Under the pieces are notes generated by a model. It was given only the letters and a program-made list of their open reading frames with translations. It did no database searches and was not told the DNA's origin. Below, piece by piece: positions 28,475-39,004 of a DNA stretch of 64,000 bases (positions are counted from its first letter, which is position 1; each line of letters starts with the position of its first letter). The position numbers and the translations under genes are program-made. This DNA is from a virus: IMG/VR virus record IMGVR_UViG_3300029258_002996. The stretch is one strand, 5' to 3'.

Positions 28475-28968
28475 GTCGGCGTTTCCTCGGCTTCTCGAAT
28501 CTTCGCTAAGTAGATCGCATCATCGATTACCTCGACCGTGGCAACCAGGTCCGTCTTGATGGCGTCCCAGTAGCTGATCAGGTAATCGAGTTCGTCCACG
28601 TAGCTGATCATTGTCTTGTACCTCTCCCTCCATACTGTAAGGGCAGAGGTGTTGATATCTGAAAGTTGAACCAAAGGATCAACCAAAGCTCGATAAAACT
28701 CAGGACAGAGATCGGCAAACGGCCCCTCCGGAAATGCCGTGAGGGTGTCTCGAATCGCTTGAACCAAGGCTTCAAAGACACTCCAAGCCGCTTCTTCGAT
28801 GATCGCAAGCACATCGTACTGAGCCAAGAGAGCCCGAAGCCACAAAATTTGTGCATCGATGAACTGGATCGCGGCTAGGAGGATCAGCTTGAGAGCTTCG
28901 AGAACTGCGGCGATCTGATCATAAATCCAACGAAGGATGCAGCGCGCTATGGTTCGTCCGACAGCCAT
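28471..28968 (-). CDS. Hypothetical helical protein in baseplate module
   Basis: 165-aa ORF with GGAGG RBS. Confidence 0.6.
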   Translation of the reverse strand: MAVGRTIARCILRWIYDQIAAVLEALKLILLAAIQFIDAQILWLRALLAQYDVLAIIEEAAWSVFEALVQAIRDTLTAFPEGPFADLCPEFYRALVDPLVQLSDINTSALTVWRERYKTMISYVDELDYLISYWDAIKTDLVATVEVIDDAIYLAKIREAEETPT

Positions 28969-28977
28969 GAAATCCTC

Positions 28978-30333
28978 CTATTGCGTCGCCACTTTGACCG
29001 ATAGCATACTACTCAAAGATAGGCCAAAAGCAGTAAGGATCGGAACAAAAGTCCCCGCCGCAGCCACCGTCGCAGGTGCAACCGCTTTCAAGCCAGTATC
29101 ACCCTGTATAGCACCCACGAACAACCCCAAACCAGTAAGAAATGTAGACAACTGCGAAACAAAAGAAGTACCCTTCAACAGGAACTCAGTAGCCCCTTCC
29201 GATCCTAAGCGAACCGCCACATCAGAGACTAGGGAGGCCAGGACCTTCCCTTCGAGCTTGAGGTTTGCCGCTGCGGAAATAGAAGCTGAAACACCTACGG
29301 TAAGATCAAAAGTCGAAGTCACTGTCCAGCTAGTTGACAGATTTGCGATATCCCACATGGCGAGTGGCGTAAACCATTGAAATCCCGTCGCCGTCTTCGC
29401 CGAAAAACCCCTATTCCCCAGGTTATCCACCACCTCGGTATAAAGATCGATCACTCCCGTCGCATCGTCTTTTATCGCCCGGTAGGCTCGAACCGAGGTG
29501 CCTACGAGAGAAGTCAGCTCCGGATAAGCCACTGAGGGGACCATGACCTGCTTGGTGTCGTCATCCACTACCTCCCCAAGAGAGTCGTGGACCATCAGGA
29601 GACCGCCCACGGCGGTCAGAGAGGAACGTTTGACGTAATTGGTACACTCCTGGGCCGGAGTCCCGAAAAGACCGTCCACGGGCGATTCTATGGAGTCTAC
29701 GCCGGGGACCAGCAGACGGCGAGCAGTGCCTTCCCGCTTCTCGGACGCATTCCCATACCAGGTATGCAGATGATCGGTCTGGATGGAGATCTCGCTGTTC
29801 GTGGTGTTCTTGTCCAGCGTGATCGAGTGCGGTCCGCTGGCGATTCTGGCACGATCTCCGAGGTAGAGAAAACAGTTGCGCCCACTCTTAAAATGCCAAT
29901 CTCCGGGTTTGAGACGCTTCCCCGAGGCGTTCCCCCATCCGATGCCGCCTCGATCTTCATTCGCTTCGTCGGCGCGATCCATCGCTCCGAAATCAAATGA
30001 GTAGTACCCGAGGGAATACGGAGCGCCTAAAGCATCAAACCCAATAAGAGTGATGTCCCCTTCTTGAGGATAGTAAACTCCCCACGCTGTTTTTCTGAAA
30101 TTTTGATCTTTCGCGGCGCTTTCCGGATCCCCCTTGGGGGGAAATGAAAAGCCCATGAGAGGTAGGGGAACATTCGGAAGGTACGAACCGCCGTCAAGAA
30201 ATTCGACAGCCATCGTACCGTTGCTAAAGTTTACGTCATTCACTTTACAACGATGAATCGAGGAGTAGAAAGCCTTGTTCAACCTCCGCTCATCCAGAAT
30301 TGAAGACTTTCCGCTTGCGTTGATACGGCCCAC
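28978..30333 (-). CDS. Central spike / gpV-like baseplate protein
   Basis: OB-fold-like N-terminus (VNDVN...V...YYPQEGDITLIGF), beta-strand-rich middle, hydrophobic C-terminal hairpin; follows hub gene. Confidence 0.6.
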   Translation of the reverse strand: MGRINASGKSSILDERRLNKAFYSSIHRCKVNDVNFSNGTMAVEFLDGGSYLPNVPLPLMGFSFPPKGDPESAAKDQNFRKTAWGVYYPQEGDITLIGFDALGAPYSLGYYSFDFGAMDRADEANEDRGGIGWGNASGKRLKPGDWHFKSGRNCFLYLGDRARIASGPHSITLDKNTTNSEISIQTDHLHTWYGNASEKREGTARRLLVPGVDSIESPVDGLFGTPAQECTNYVKRSSLTAVGGLLMVHDSLGEVVDDDTKQVMVPSVAYPELTSLVGTSVRAYRAIKDDATGVIDLYTEVVDNLGNRGFSAKTATGFQWFTPLAMWDIANLSTSWTVTSTFDLTVGVSASISAAANLKLEGKVLASLVSDVAVRLGSEGATEFLLKGTSFVSQLSTFLTGLGLFVGAIQGDTGLKAVAPATVAAAGTFVPILTAFGLSLSSMLSVKVATQ

Positions 30334-30335
30334 CG

Positions 30336-32792
30336 CTACCTCCGGTTCCTCAACACATCGTTATAGTCAAACGGATACTTACCTCCGAAAAATTCGTAAA
30401 TCTCGTGCTCCTGAATAGTGCTTCCCGTCCACCCACGCACATTGTTCAGGTTGACTGTAGTGTCGCACGAGCTGTTCCACACAATCGAATGCTGCGCACT
30501 CACGAGATTCGCCATGTAGTTTCTCTCGCGCCAATAAATAGGGCGGTTCACCATCAATCCGAACATCGGAACCGTTCCTATTCCTAGATTTCTCGCTTCC
30601 GCATTTGATTTCCTCAACATCAAGGAGGCGAATACTTGAGCGCCCTCCTTGGTGGCCACAGGACACCAAGGCTGGTAGGAAGCGATTCGGAAACCCAAGA
30701 GTTGAGCCAACTCCGGAACAGTCACGTACACATTCCTTCGAAGCCCTTCGTCGTTGATTTTTGCAAAATTTATCAATAAATTAGGCATCGCGCGACCTAC
30801 GGTTTTCAATCCCGAATCGTTCAATGAATTGCTATACCCAGTTGTCTCGTGATGCTCAATGGTAAAGGCGCGAGTGTAGCTGTACTCATCCAAAAGGTCC
30901 TGATAGAAAACATCAAAGCCTTGCTGAGCAACCTCAAGTTTCGTCGGAAGATCCATCATTTCCCTGAAATCACCTTCCGTGTATTTATCGGAATCAGACA
31001 CCCAGAAATCGAAATACTTCGTAGTAAGATCCTCAAGCTCTTTTCGAATGCGGTCATTGTAAACACTGGGGTCCTTAGAATCCATAATGTCGACGCTGAA
31101 GTCGTAGAAAGGCATCTCAAATACTACATCGCCTCTCGGAGTGGCGTAGAACCTAAAGTCGATGGCGTCTGCAAGATCGTAAATGAACGACAACCTGTCC
31201 TTGAACTCGGAATGCTGAAGGGCAGTCCCCGCCGTAGACTGATCCAGGATACCCCTGGATACCTTCGGCCCCAAATTGGCAGGGGCTACGTAGTAGACAT
31301 TTCCGTGACCCACGGGATAACGTTCGATGTCAGTACCAATCTGCGTAATGACATCCTCCAGAGTCCAGCCCTTCTCCAAAGAAGGGATCGCGTCGTATTT
31401 CAGCATCGTGTCCAAATCCTCAACCCGAACACGATGATGCAAGAGATCGTTCAGTTCCCTAATATTCGCTATGGGTATCTTCTCCCCGAGAGCCTCGTCA
31501 ACAGGATTCAGCTCGTCACCGATGAAGAGCGCGCGAACGCCTTGCTCAACGGTCTTCCTTTTGAACGGAATCCCACGAGGAGTTGTGATCAACGGAATCG
31601 AAGAACCTGGAAAACGATCCTGTTTTTCATCCACGAGCCTTTTTTGAAGCTGCTTACGGCGTTCCGCAGGCTGCATCGAGGCAACTTCTTCTTTAGACCG
31701 ACCAAGAGTATTTAAAAGATAGGTATTGATCTCCGAATCGTCCATTGCGCGAATGGTCGCCATCACGGTGTCGTCAAGGATAGGACGAAAATCGTCCAAA
31801 CCGAAAAACAGGATTTCTAAAATTTCATAAGGACTGAATCCAGAAAAAATCTCATTGTAAAAATTCGCCTTCAACTCCCCCACGGGACTGTCTCCGAACG
31901 GACCCTGGAAAGCCGGGTTGTTTCGGAAGATTTTTCGAATCGCAGGATCGAGTTGATCCGTATTAGTCTGCAAAAAAGCGTATCGAACGGATTTGGTGAC
32001 ATCCGTTCCGGTAATTGTGACGGTAGACTCCCGGTTCACGCCTCGATTTTCAGTAAAGGAATCCACAAAACCAGTGAACATCCAATACCAGACGTTCGGA
32101 CTGAACGGATCCCGAAAGACAATGCGAATAGGATCGTTCGGATGGAAAATGCAGTCACCCTCTTGAAATGGGTAAAGATAAATCTGCTTGGACTTTATGT
32201 ATGGCCAGAGAATCTCATCCTTCATCAGGTCGTTAATCGCCCCTTCGCTATCATACAAAACTTGAGGGGCTTTGTTCTGTAGGACGGTGTATTTTATGCC
32301 GTCAGGAACTTGAAGATCTCCGTTATAGTAACCTTCGAAAAAACCACCTGAACTCTTCAAGTTTGAATACACAGAGATAAGGTCTCCAAGATCCTGAAAC
32401 GCACCGGCCCCCTCCGCATCTAGCTGAGAAAGTCTCGACATGAAAGAATCGAAATCGCTGCCGCCCGGATCAATTTCAGTAATCATCTCCACCCAATCTC
32501 GGTACGCTTGAATATTTTCATCAAACCTCCTATCGAGATTTTGCCGAGAAGTTCCTAGAATCAGCATATCGGTGTGGTTCACTATATACTTATCGTTGTA
32601 ATTCGCTAAAGTGATCGAACAAGTGCTCGGAGAGCGATCCTGGCTACCGCCCGACTGATTAACCCGAGCATCAATAACGTCTCCAGAAACCTCCATTCCG
32701 TAGATGAAGACACGGAAAGCTGGAAAAGCCGCTCGATAGATGCCTTCAGCGGCATCTACTCCCGAATATGGATTTTCAAAACCGTCGCCCAT
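30336..32792 (-). CDS. Baseplate hub protein (gp27/gpD-like)
   Basis: FTGFVDSFTE...TITGTDVTK; DFRFYATPRGDVVFEMPFY. Confidence 0.68.
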   Translation of the reverse strand: MGDGFENPYSGVDAAEGIYRAAFPAFRVFIYGMEVSGDVIDARVNQSGGSQDRSPSTCSITLANYNDKYIVNHTDMLILGTSRQNLDRRFDENIQAYRDWVEMITEIDPGGSDFDSFMSRLSQLDAEGAGAFQDLGDLISVYSNLKSSGGFFEGYYNGDLQVPDGIKYTVLQNKAPQVLYDSEGAINDLMKDEILWPYIKSKQIYLYPFQEGDCIFHPNDPIRIVFRDPFSPNVWYWMFTGFVDSFTENRGVNRESTVTITGTDVTKSVRYAFLQTNTDQLDPAIRKIFRNNPAFQGPFGDSPVGELKANFYNEIFSGFSPYEILEILFFGLDDFRPILDDTVMATIRAMDDSEINTYLLNTLGRSKEEVASMQPAERRKQLQKRLVDEKQDRFPGSSIPLITTPRGIPFKRKTVEQGVRALFIGDELNPVDEALGEKIPIANIRELNDLLHHRVRVEDLDTMLKYDAIPSLEKGWTLEDVITQIGTDIERYPVGHGNVYYVAPANLGPKVSRGILDQSTAGTALQHSEFKDRLSFIYDLADAIDFRFYATPRGDVVFEMPFYDFSVDIMDSKDPSVYNDRIRKELEDLTTKYFDFWVSDSDKYTEGDFREMMDLPTKLEVAQQGFDVFYQDLLDEYSYTRAFTIEHHETTGYSNSLNDSGLKTVGRAMPNLLINFAKINDEGLRRNVYVTVPELAQLLGFRIASYQPWCPVATKEGAQVFASLMLRKSNAEARNLGIGTVPMFGLMVNRPIYWRERNYMANLVSAQHSIVWNSSCDTTVNLNNVRGWTGSTIQEHEIYEFFGGKYPFDYNDVLRNRR

Positions 32793-33544
32793 CAGCTCAA
32801 CTCGTTGAAAAACTCACGACCAAGCGTCGTGGAAAGATACCTGTAGATAAAGTCCATCGGCGGATCCGAGCTGGTCGCCACGAAACTGAAAGAATAATTC
32901 TTGTTGAAAGGATTATCCGCGTCATCCGTGAATTCCAAAACCCGGTCAAAATGGCCCGTAAAGTGAATCAAAGCGTTTGCAAAAATCGGGCTAGAGTACA
33001 TCGCGTAGTAGCGAACAGGGCTTCCATTCCGCACATCAATCATCGGTTCTCGTGTAATGGTGTACAAATTCCAAAAGCTCATAAGTTTCGTCACACCGGA
33101 GAGAGACTCGATCTCCAGAGCTTGGTCTTTTGTAACTCCCTGGCTCCACTCCCGGAGCTTCTTCAATTGTTCGGATGCCCAATTACGACGATTCGCGCCC
33201 ATCCGAAGGTTTATGTTCCCGGTCTGTCCTGAAAAATTGATGGTAATTACGTCGTTGTTAGACCCCAATGAGTTGGCCCAGTGAAAATAGATAGCCCCCG
33301 CCTGAGTATCACGTCGTGTAATCCTCTTGTTCTGGGAAAAAGTCACCGATCTCGGATTCACGCGCAGTCTCACCGGGGGGATATTGTTCCGTTTGCGAAT
33401 ATCGGAAGTGAACATAAAAGGTACTCGATATGAGATGTCCTCATACGGATTGAGAATGCGCTCCAGGACGCGCTCCGGACGAGGAATCGGATCAACCTCG
33501 GAGGCGAAAGTTTCTCGCATCCATTCTCCAAATTTACTTGCCAT
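32792..33544 (-). CDS. Tail tube initiator / baseplate protein
   Basis: VNPRSVTFSQNKRI...ITINFSGQTG...FTGHF...NPFNKNYSFSF; position after tape measure. Confidence 0.58.
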   Translation of the reverse strand: MASKFGEWMRETFASEVDPIPRPERVLERILNPYEDISYRVPFMFTSDIRKRNNIPPVRLRVNPRSVTFSQNKRITRRDTQAGAIYFHWANSLGSNNDVITINFSGQTGNINLRMGANRRNWASEQLKKLREWSQGVTKDQALEIESLSGVTKLMSFWNLYTITREPMIDVRNGSPVRYYAMYSSPIFANALIHFTGHFDRVLEFTDDADNPFNKNYSFSFVATSSDPPMDFIYRYLSTTLGREFFNELS

Positions 33545-33550
33545 AGCTAC

Positions 33551-36457
33551 CTACCCAGTTCCTTGATCCTTTCCACCCACCATGTATTGAGCGGCAAATT
33601 GAGATGCACCGCCCTTCGCTTCGTCTTCAGGACGCATGACTACGCGAGGAGCCGCTTGACGCGCCTTATAAATTCTTTGGTACTTTCGATTAAGCTGCTG
33701 CGCATCCTCGGCTTCTTCCCCACGGCGCGAATAAACCCGAAGAACCGCCCCCGGAGTATTGCTCGGCAGATTCATCACGTTCACCATGCGATCTCCCTGG
33801 GCAAACAACGGTCTCGTCGGGTCCATACCAGCTTTTACGCTTTGTTTCGCTACGTAGTTTCGTGCGGCATGATAGAAATGAGTGCCGCCTTGCGTCGGAT
33901 CTTCGACTTCTCCACCGAGCAATCTTCTAGCCATTCGGAGAGATTCTGGAGAGGCTTCATGAGTGGTTGCGTAGGGCCTTTTCTGACCTTGCTTCCCGTA
34001 ACCGGCTCCGCGCGTCAAAATATCGTAAATATCCCCACTCTTGCCCTTCTTCAACTCTTTCTTAACTCGGTTCAACAGAGTCCAGCCAATGACTTCCGCT
34101 TCTTCCCCCCACGCCTTGTGGACGGTTTCCGTCTCCAGCATTCGCGCAAGTGCTTCCACCTCCCGCGCTTGATAATCTTTGTCAAAAATGCCCTTTTCCA
34201 CCTCAAGAGGTCGGTCCTCCGGAGCTTCCGCACCAAACACAAAACCGCATCGAGGACAGTTTCCTACGATTCCGACCGTAATATTCCCCTCTTGATCTAC
34301 ACTACTAACTTCCAAATTGATGCCGCCGCCGACCCAATAATCCGAAGAAAAACCCGGAGATTCTCGACGCTCTTTAGAAACCGGAATCGTGACCTGGGGC
34401 ATGAAGCGAGTTGGCTGAGCTGTCGCCAGATCCACCAAAGGCATCGTAACCGGTCGCACGGTAGGCTGACTCGGTTGCCACATACCTCCAGGCAACGCAA
34501 TCCCTTGTCGTGGAAGTTCCTGCTCCGGGATCCCCCCTCGCGCAACACCTGCAAAAGACCCCGGAGCAGGCGGAGCGCCCCGGTCTCCCTCCCGCACCGG
34601 AGCCGAAGGATCAAATGCCCACGCGCTCTGGACATTTTTAAGAGAGGACCCGAGAATGTCCATCCCCATGCTCTTCGCAGCAGCAGCCATCTGGTTAACG
34701 CCGCGCGACATCTTGTCTCGATGTTCCCCCTTCATTCCATAGAGATTGTTAATCTTGGACATCAGCTCGACGTTTTTGTCGAAGTCTCCACGGAGAATAT
34801 TGCTCAAAAAATCTGGAATAGATTTGAAGAATGCGATCAGCCATGCGAGTGTTTCGACCGCGAGGCTCAAAAGACCCTGACCAAGTTTCGCAATGCCCTT
34901 GTTCCAGATATTCATCATGATCTCGAACTGGCTCGTTTTCTTCTGTTCCAACTGAAACGATTTGGCCAAAACCCCCATGCTCTCTTCGGTCGCCTTCGCC
35001 GCTTCCACCATCTTGCCCTCTTTCGCAAGATTGTAGAGCTTGGCCATCGCCCGAGCACCCTCGTATCCGAACTTGGCCTCCAGGAACTCCCGAGCGTAGG
35101 TTTCATCACCGCCAGTCGCGTCGAGAGCAATCTGGAACAGGGTCTTCGCGACTTCCAGGAACCGATTGGTATCCTTTCGATTCAAAGCCCGCTGGAGAGC
35201 GTCCTTGAGGCTCTGAGCGGCTCGAATCCCCTCCCCATGCCCTAGACGCTCCCCAACCAAGATCGCCCAATCATTGCCCATCTGAGCAATCCCAGCGGCG
35301 AGCTGCTGCAACCCCTCGGCAGCAACACGGCCCGCAAACTGCTTCGGAACCCCCATGTCCTCATAAGCCTTCCCCAAAGTCTTGGCAAGATCCATCACAT
35401 CCCGAATGTTATAACCAAGACCGGCCAGAGACTCCGCAGCCGCCTCCACGTTTCTCACGAAATAAGGCTGTCCGATGCCCTCCCGACCTTCCATGTAGAG
35501 GTCGGTAACAGCTTCCCGGGCCTCGTCCGTAGTCAACGCATACTTGGCCATGTAGTCAACCATTCGTCGCGCGCTCGTACCTCCGGGAAGCTCAAACATA
35601 AGATCCAAGGCGTGAGAAACGGTTTGAGTCGTGCTCTCGACCCCTTTCAAGGTGATCCCTACTCGTTGCTCGATTCGTTCGATGGCGACGCCGCCGTCAA
35701 CGAATGCTTTCGTAACTCCCTGAGTTTCTGATTTATGGATCCCATAATACTGTTGAAGATGCTCTTGCAGACCGGAAAGATTCCGGGTAGCCGCGCGAGT
35801 AGCAGCGTTCAACCCGCCATCATACGCCGCGACGAGAATGTTCTGCATCTCGCCCGCTTCGGCACGTACCCGATCTTTGTCGAGAAACCCAGCCTTCATC
35901 CAGTTGACGATTCCTGAAAGTACGCCGCCCGGCAACGGAATCTTCAGACTGCCAAGCATCCCCTTGATGTTGTTCCAAAAAGAGGAAAGCTCGGTATCCA
36001 TGATGGTCAGCGGGGCGCGCGCCAGTCCCGTCAATTCTCGCTTCAACCAACTCTTCTTTTCTTTAGATTTATCTTCGTCGGATTTAATTACCCCAGCTTC
36101 CTGAGCCATCTGAAGAAGATCGACAGCATCTCCTGAGAGTTTTCCAAAGTTTTCGTTGGCCGCGTCCACGGTGGAATCGAGCTTGTCAAAAGATTTTTCC
36201 ATGTTCTTGGACATGGAGCTGTATTGCCCCGCTACATTGGCCACATATTGATCGCTCAAGTTTACCAATCGGCTCGCTTTTTTGAACTCCTCACTCCCCA
36301 CCAAAACGCCCACCGCAGAACTGAAATGTCCGATAGAGCGGAAAGTTTCATCAAAAAGCTGAGAGTTGGTTTTTGAAAGATCCTCGACCGCGACTCCGAG
36401 ATCGGTAAACCGCTGCTTGGCAGCATCGAGCTGAGTTATGTCGACAAAGTCAGCCAT
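33551..36457 (-). CDS. Tape-measure-like protein 3 with C-terminal SleB/Hydrolase_2-like cell-wall hydrolase
   Basis: Helical core paralogous to the two upstream genes; EVEALARMLETE...IGWTLLNRV...DPTQGGTHFY. Confidence 0.72.
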   Translation of the reverse strand: MADFVDITQLDAAKQRFTDLGVAVEDLSKTNSQLFDETFRSIGHFSSAVGVLVGSEEFKKASRLVNLSDQYVANVAGQYSSMSKNMEKSFDKLDSTVDAANENFGKLSGDAVDLLQMAQEAGVIKSDEDKSKEKKSWLKRELTGLARAPLTIMDTELSSFWNNIKGMLGSLKIPLPGGVLSGIVNWMKAGFLDKDRVRAEAGEMQNILVAAYDGGLNAATRAATRNLSGLQEHLQQYYGIHKSETQGVTKAFVDGGVAIERIEQRVGITLKGVESTTQTVSHALDLMFELPGGTSARRMVDYMAKYALTTDEAREAVTDLYMEGREGIGQPYFVRNVEAAAESLAGLGYNIRDVMDLAKTLGKAYEDMGVPKQFAGRVAAEGLQQLAAGIAQMGNDWAILVGERLGHGEGIRAAQSLKDALQRALNRKDTNRFLEVAKTLFQIALDATGGDETYAREFLEAKFGYEGARAMAKLYNLAKEGKMVEAAKATEESMGVLAKSFQLEQKKTSQFEIMMNIWNKGIAKLGQGLLSLAVETLAWLIAFFKSIPDFLSNILRGDFDKNVELMSKINNLYGMKGEHRDKMSRGVNQMAAAAKSMGMDILGSSLKNVQSAWAFDPSAPVREGDRGAPPAPGSFAGVARGGIPEQELPRQGIALPGGMWQPSQPTVRPVTMPLVDLATAQPTRFMPQVTIPVSKERRESPGFSSDYWVGGGINLEVSSVDQEGNITVGIVGNCPRCGFVFGAEAPEDRPLEVEKGIFDKDYQAREVEALARMLETETVHKAWGEEAEVIGWTLLNRVKKELKKGKSGDIYDILTRGAGYGKQGQKRPYATTHEASPESLRMARRLLGGEVEDPTQGGTHFYHAARNYVAKQSVKAGMDPTRPLFAQGDRMVNVMNLPSNTPGAVLRVYSRRGEEAEDAQQLNRKYQRIYKARQAAPRVVMRPEDEAKGGASQFAAQYMVGGKDQGTG

Positions 36458-36460
36458 TTC

Positions 36461-39004
36461 TTAACCCGGGGGTAAAACCTTCTTTCCCGAAACCGCCAAA
36501 GAAGCCGGAATAAGACGCACCCCGGCATCTCCGGACAAACCCGCCGTAGTATCATCCGAATAGTCGCGCAGAGTGAACTTACCCTCAGTATCCTGCTCTG
36601 CTCTTCTCTTCGCTTGCTCCTTTATATGATCGCGAGTCCGGTCTCGGATGATTTCCCCGTGCGTCCGTCCTTCTCGTTCCACATTGAGAATGCCGGTCTC
36701 GTTCAAAACAAAACGTGTCATCGGAGGAGCGAGGACTTCGAGACCGGGAACGACTTCTCCCATATTCTTCGCAAAACCCAACGCGCTCTCTACCGATTGA
36801 GCAGCAGTAGGATCGTAAGTGCCTGAGATGCGCTCTAGCTCACGACCACCGGGACTCCACCGACGACCGGTGTAGGGATCGATGGCAATTTGATTCATCC
36901 AAACCAAATCCCCGCTTTCCGTTTTCTTTTTCATCCAATCGGGCGCACGTTGAGGAGCGGCTTCACCTCGCATGTATTGTTCGGCAAGCTCTTGAGCCCT
37001 TTCCGATTGCTGCAACTCTTCGGGAGACATCGACGCCAACTTATCCAGATCTTGTTGTCTCGGAGGTTCGTAGTACTTTTGCCTACCAAAAAATAAATTC
37101 AAGATAGTCCCCACGGTGCCAGGAAACATTGCCGAGAGTTTCTGGGACGAATTGTACAAAGAATCCTCAATCTTCTGCCAGTTGGTCCCCATATCACGCC
37201 AAATAGAAGAAACCTTTTCCCACAGACGATCCATCACCAGATCAACCTCACCTGACTTGAACCCGTAGTAAAGAGCTGGGAAAGTTTTTACACCTACGAT
37301 GAGAAGAGCAACAATATTGGTAAGGATCCCAAAAAGACCCTCCGAAACACCAGAAATCATATCGATCAATTCACGACGGGTAACATCCAAGGTCGAAACC
37401 GCCTCACGCTCACGACCAAACGCATCTTTCAGGTTCCGAACCTGGCTTTTATCCAGATCGGCCAACTTACCAACTTCACCCAGTTCCTCCGTCAAATCGT
37501 GAATCAACGCCGCGTCGCCAACCGAAACACTTAGAATATCGCTGACCGCCATGATTCTCTGGGCACGGCTTCCTGCCAACTGACGCATCACCACGTTAGA
37601 AAAGGCTTTCAAAAGCTTTTCGAGAAACTCGTCACTACCCCCACCCTCTTTCAAACGACTTAGACCGTCCTTGAACTGCTGCACGAGATCGAGTCCGCGC
37701 GCCTGCTCATCCCCCGTAATGTCGCGCATCAGCTCGATTTTCAATTTATCTCCGATATTTTGAAATGCCTCCAACAAATTTACAGCCACGCCCACTGCCT
37801 GTCGTCCTGCGAATTTTCGATTGAGACCCATCTCCTCGTAATGATCGGTGATTCGGTTAACCATGACCGCCACGAATTCAACATTGCCGCCGAGCTTTCG
37901 AAGCGCATCCTCACTATCCAAGACGGCTCCAATGAATTTTTCAGTACCGATTCTACTTCGTTGCGCGGCCCCTGCGATTTTCATGTAGGATTTAAGTGCT
38001 TCGTGAGCGCCCATCGCGTAGTTGTGCATAAACTCCACGGCACGCTGCATTGAAGTTCCGTCCGCGACGTGAAAGTGCTTATCGAGCGCCAAGGAAGCTT
38101 TCACTACGTTGTCCCCGACACCGCCAAGACCTTTGTCAAATTCCTTCAAAAAATCGTCCGCCTCTACTCCGGCATCGACGAGCAGCTTAGCAGTCGCCTG
38201 TACATCTTTCCGCGCGAGTCGATACCGCCACTGAGCGTGTTCTGCGAAGCTGCTCAGGTTACGAACCGCTCGTTGAGTTTTCCCACTCATCAAAGAATCG
38301 AAAGAAGATTGAAAAACGTTCGCCATCTCCCCTAGCTCAGCGCGCTTACGATCTTTCTCCCGGTATCCAATCGAAAGAGCCCCGAACAGCCCGCTGACAA
38401 AACCTCCACCGAGCCGGGAAAGTTTATCGGGGAGCTTCTTTAACAAATCTCCGATTCCTTCGTAAGCTTTCAAAACAGCAGCTTCAATTTTACTGGTGGC
38501 TTCCCGAGATTCCTTCGCGGCTTCCTTTCGAACGCCAAACACACCTTCGGAAGCTTTCATAGTTTCCTTGAAAGTCCCTTTGACCTCTTCTTTTGCGCTC
38601 TTCATGTCACGCTCGGCCATGCCAATCGCAGACTCTACCGATTGATGTTGCGGATCCTGCGGCGACGGTTTTTTCTTGAAAACTTTATCGAGCTTCACCT
38701 CTTTCATTGTCGCAAGGTTTTCTACGATCCGCCTCGCCTCCCGTTGTTGAGCCTCCAGATAAAAAGCGATGCGCCCCTGGTCGGCGGCTCCGAGTGGGGC
38801 GGGCTCCGGGAGACTTGCCAAAGCGGATGATATCGGCAAATCCATCCCCAACGTTAAATCGTAAAACGAAGACACATCCTGAGCGGTGCCGACCGCGATG
38901 TCCTGAACGGTCGCTCCAAATTCGGTATAGGAACGTTGAAGATTCGCAACCTGACTTTGCAAACCAGTAAGATCAAGTTCTACCTTTGGTATTTCCTCAG
39001 CCAT
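36461..39004 (-). CDS. Tape-measure-like protein 2
   Basis: Helical, 847 aa; GEMANVF, FAEHAQWRY, HYEEMGL. Confidence 0.65.
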   Translation of the reverse strand: MAEEIPKVELDLTGLQSQVANLQRSYTEFGATVQDIAVGTAQDVSSFYDLTLGMDLPISSALASLPEPAPLGAADQGRIAFYLEAQQREARRIVENLATMKEVKLDKVFKKKPSPQDPQHQSVESAIGMAERDMKSAKEEVKGTFKETMKASEGVFGVRKEAAKESREATSKIEAAVLKAYEGIGDLLKKLPDKLSRLGGGFVSGLFGALSIGYREKDRKRAELGEMANVFQSSFDSLMSGKTQRAVRNLSSFAEHAQWRYRLARKDVQATAKLLVDAGVEADDFLKEFDKGLGGVGDNVVKASLALDKHFHVADGTSMQRAVEFMHNYAMGAHEALKSYMKIAGAAQRSRIGTEKFIGAVLDSEDALRKLGGNVEFVAVMVNRITDHYEEMGLNRKFAGRQAVGVAVNLLEAFQNIGDKLKIELMRDITGDEQARGLDLVQQFKDGLSRLKEGGGSDEFLEKLLKAFSNVVMRQLAGSRAQRIMAVSDILSVSVGDAALIHDLTEELGEVGKLADLDKSQVRNLKDAFGREREAVSTLDVTRRELIDMISGVSEGLFGILTNIVALLIVGVKTFPALYYGFKSGEVDLVMDRLWEKVSSIWRDMGTNWQKIEDSLYNSSQKLSAMFPGTVGTILNLFFGRQKYYEPPRQQDLDKLASMSPEELQQSERAQELAEQYMRGEAAPQRAPDWMKKKTESGDLVWMNQIAIDPYTGRRWSPGGRELERISGTYDPTAAQSVESALGFAKNMGEVVPGLEVLAPPMTRFVLNETGILNVEREGRTHGEIIRDRTRDHIKEQAKRRAEQDTEGKFTLRDYSDDTTAGLSGDAGVRLIPASLAVSGKKVLPPG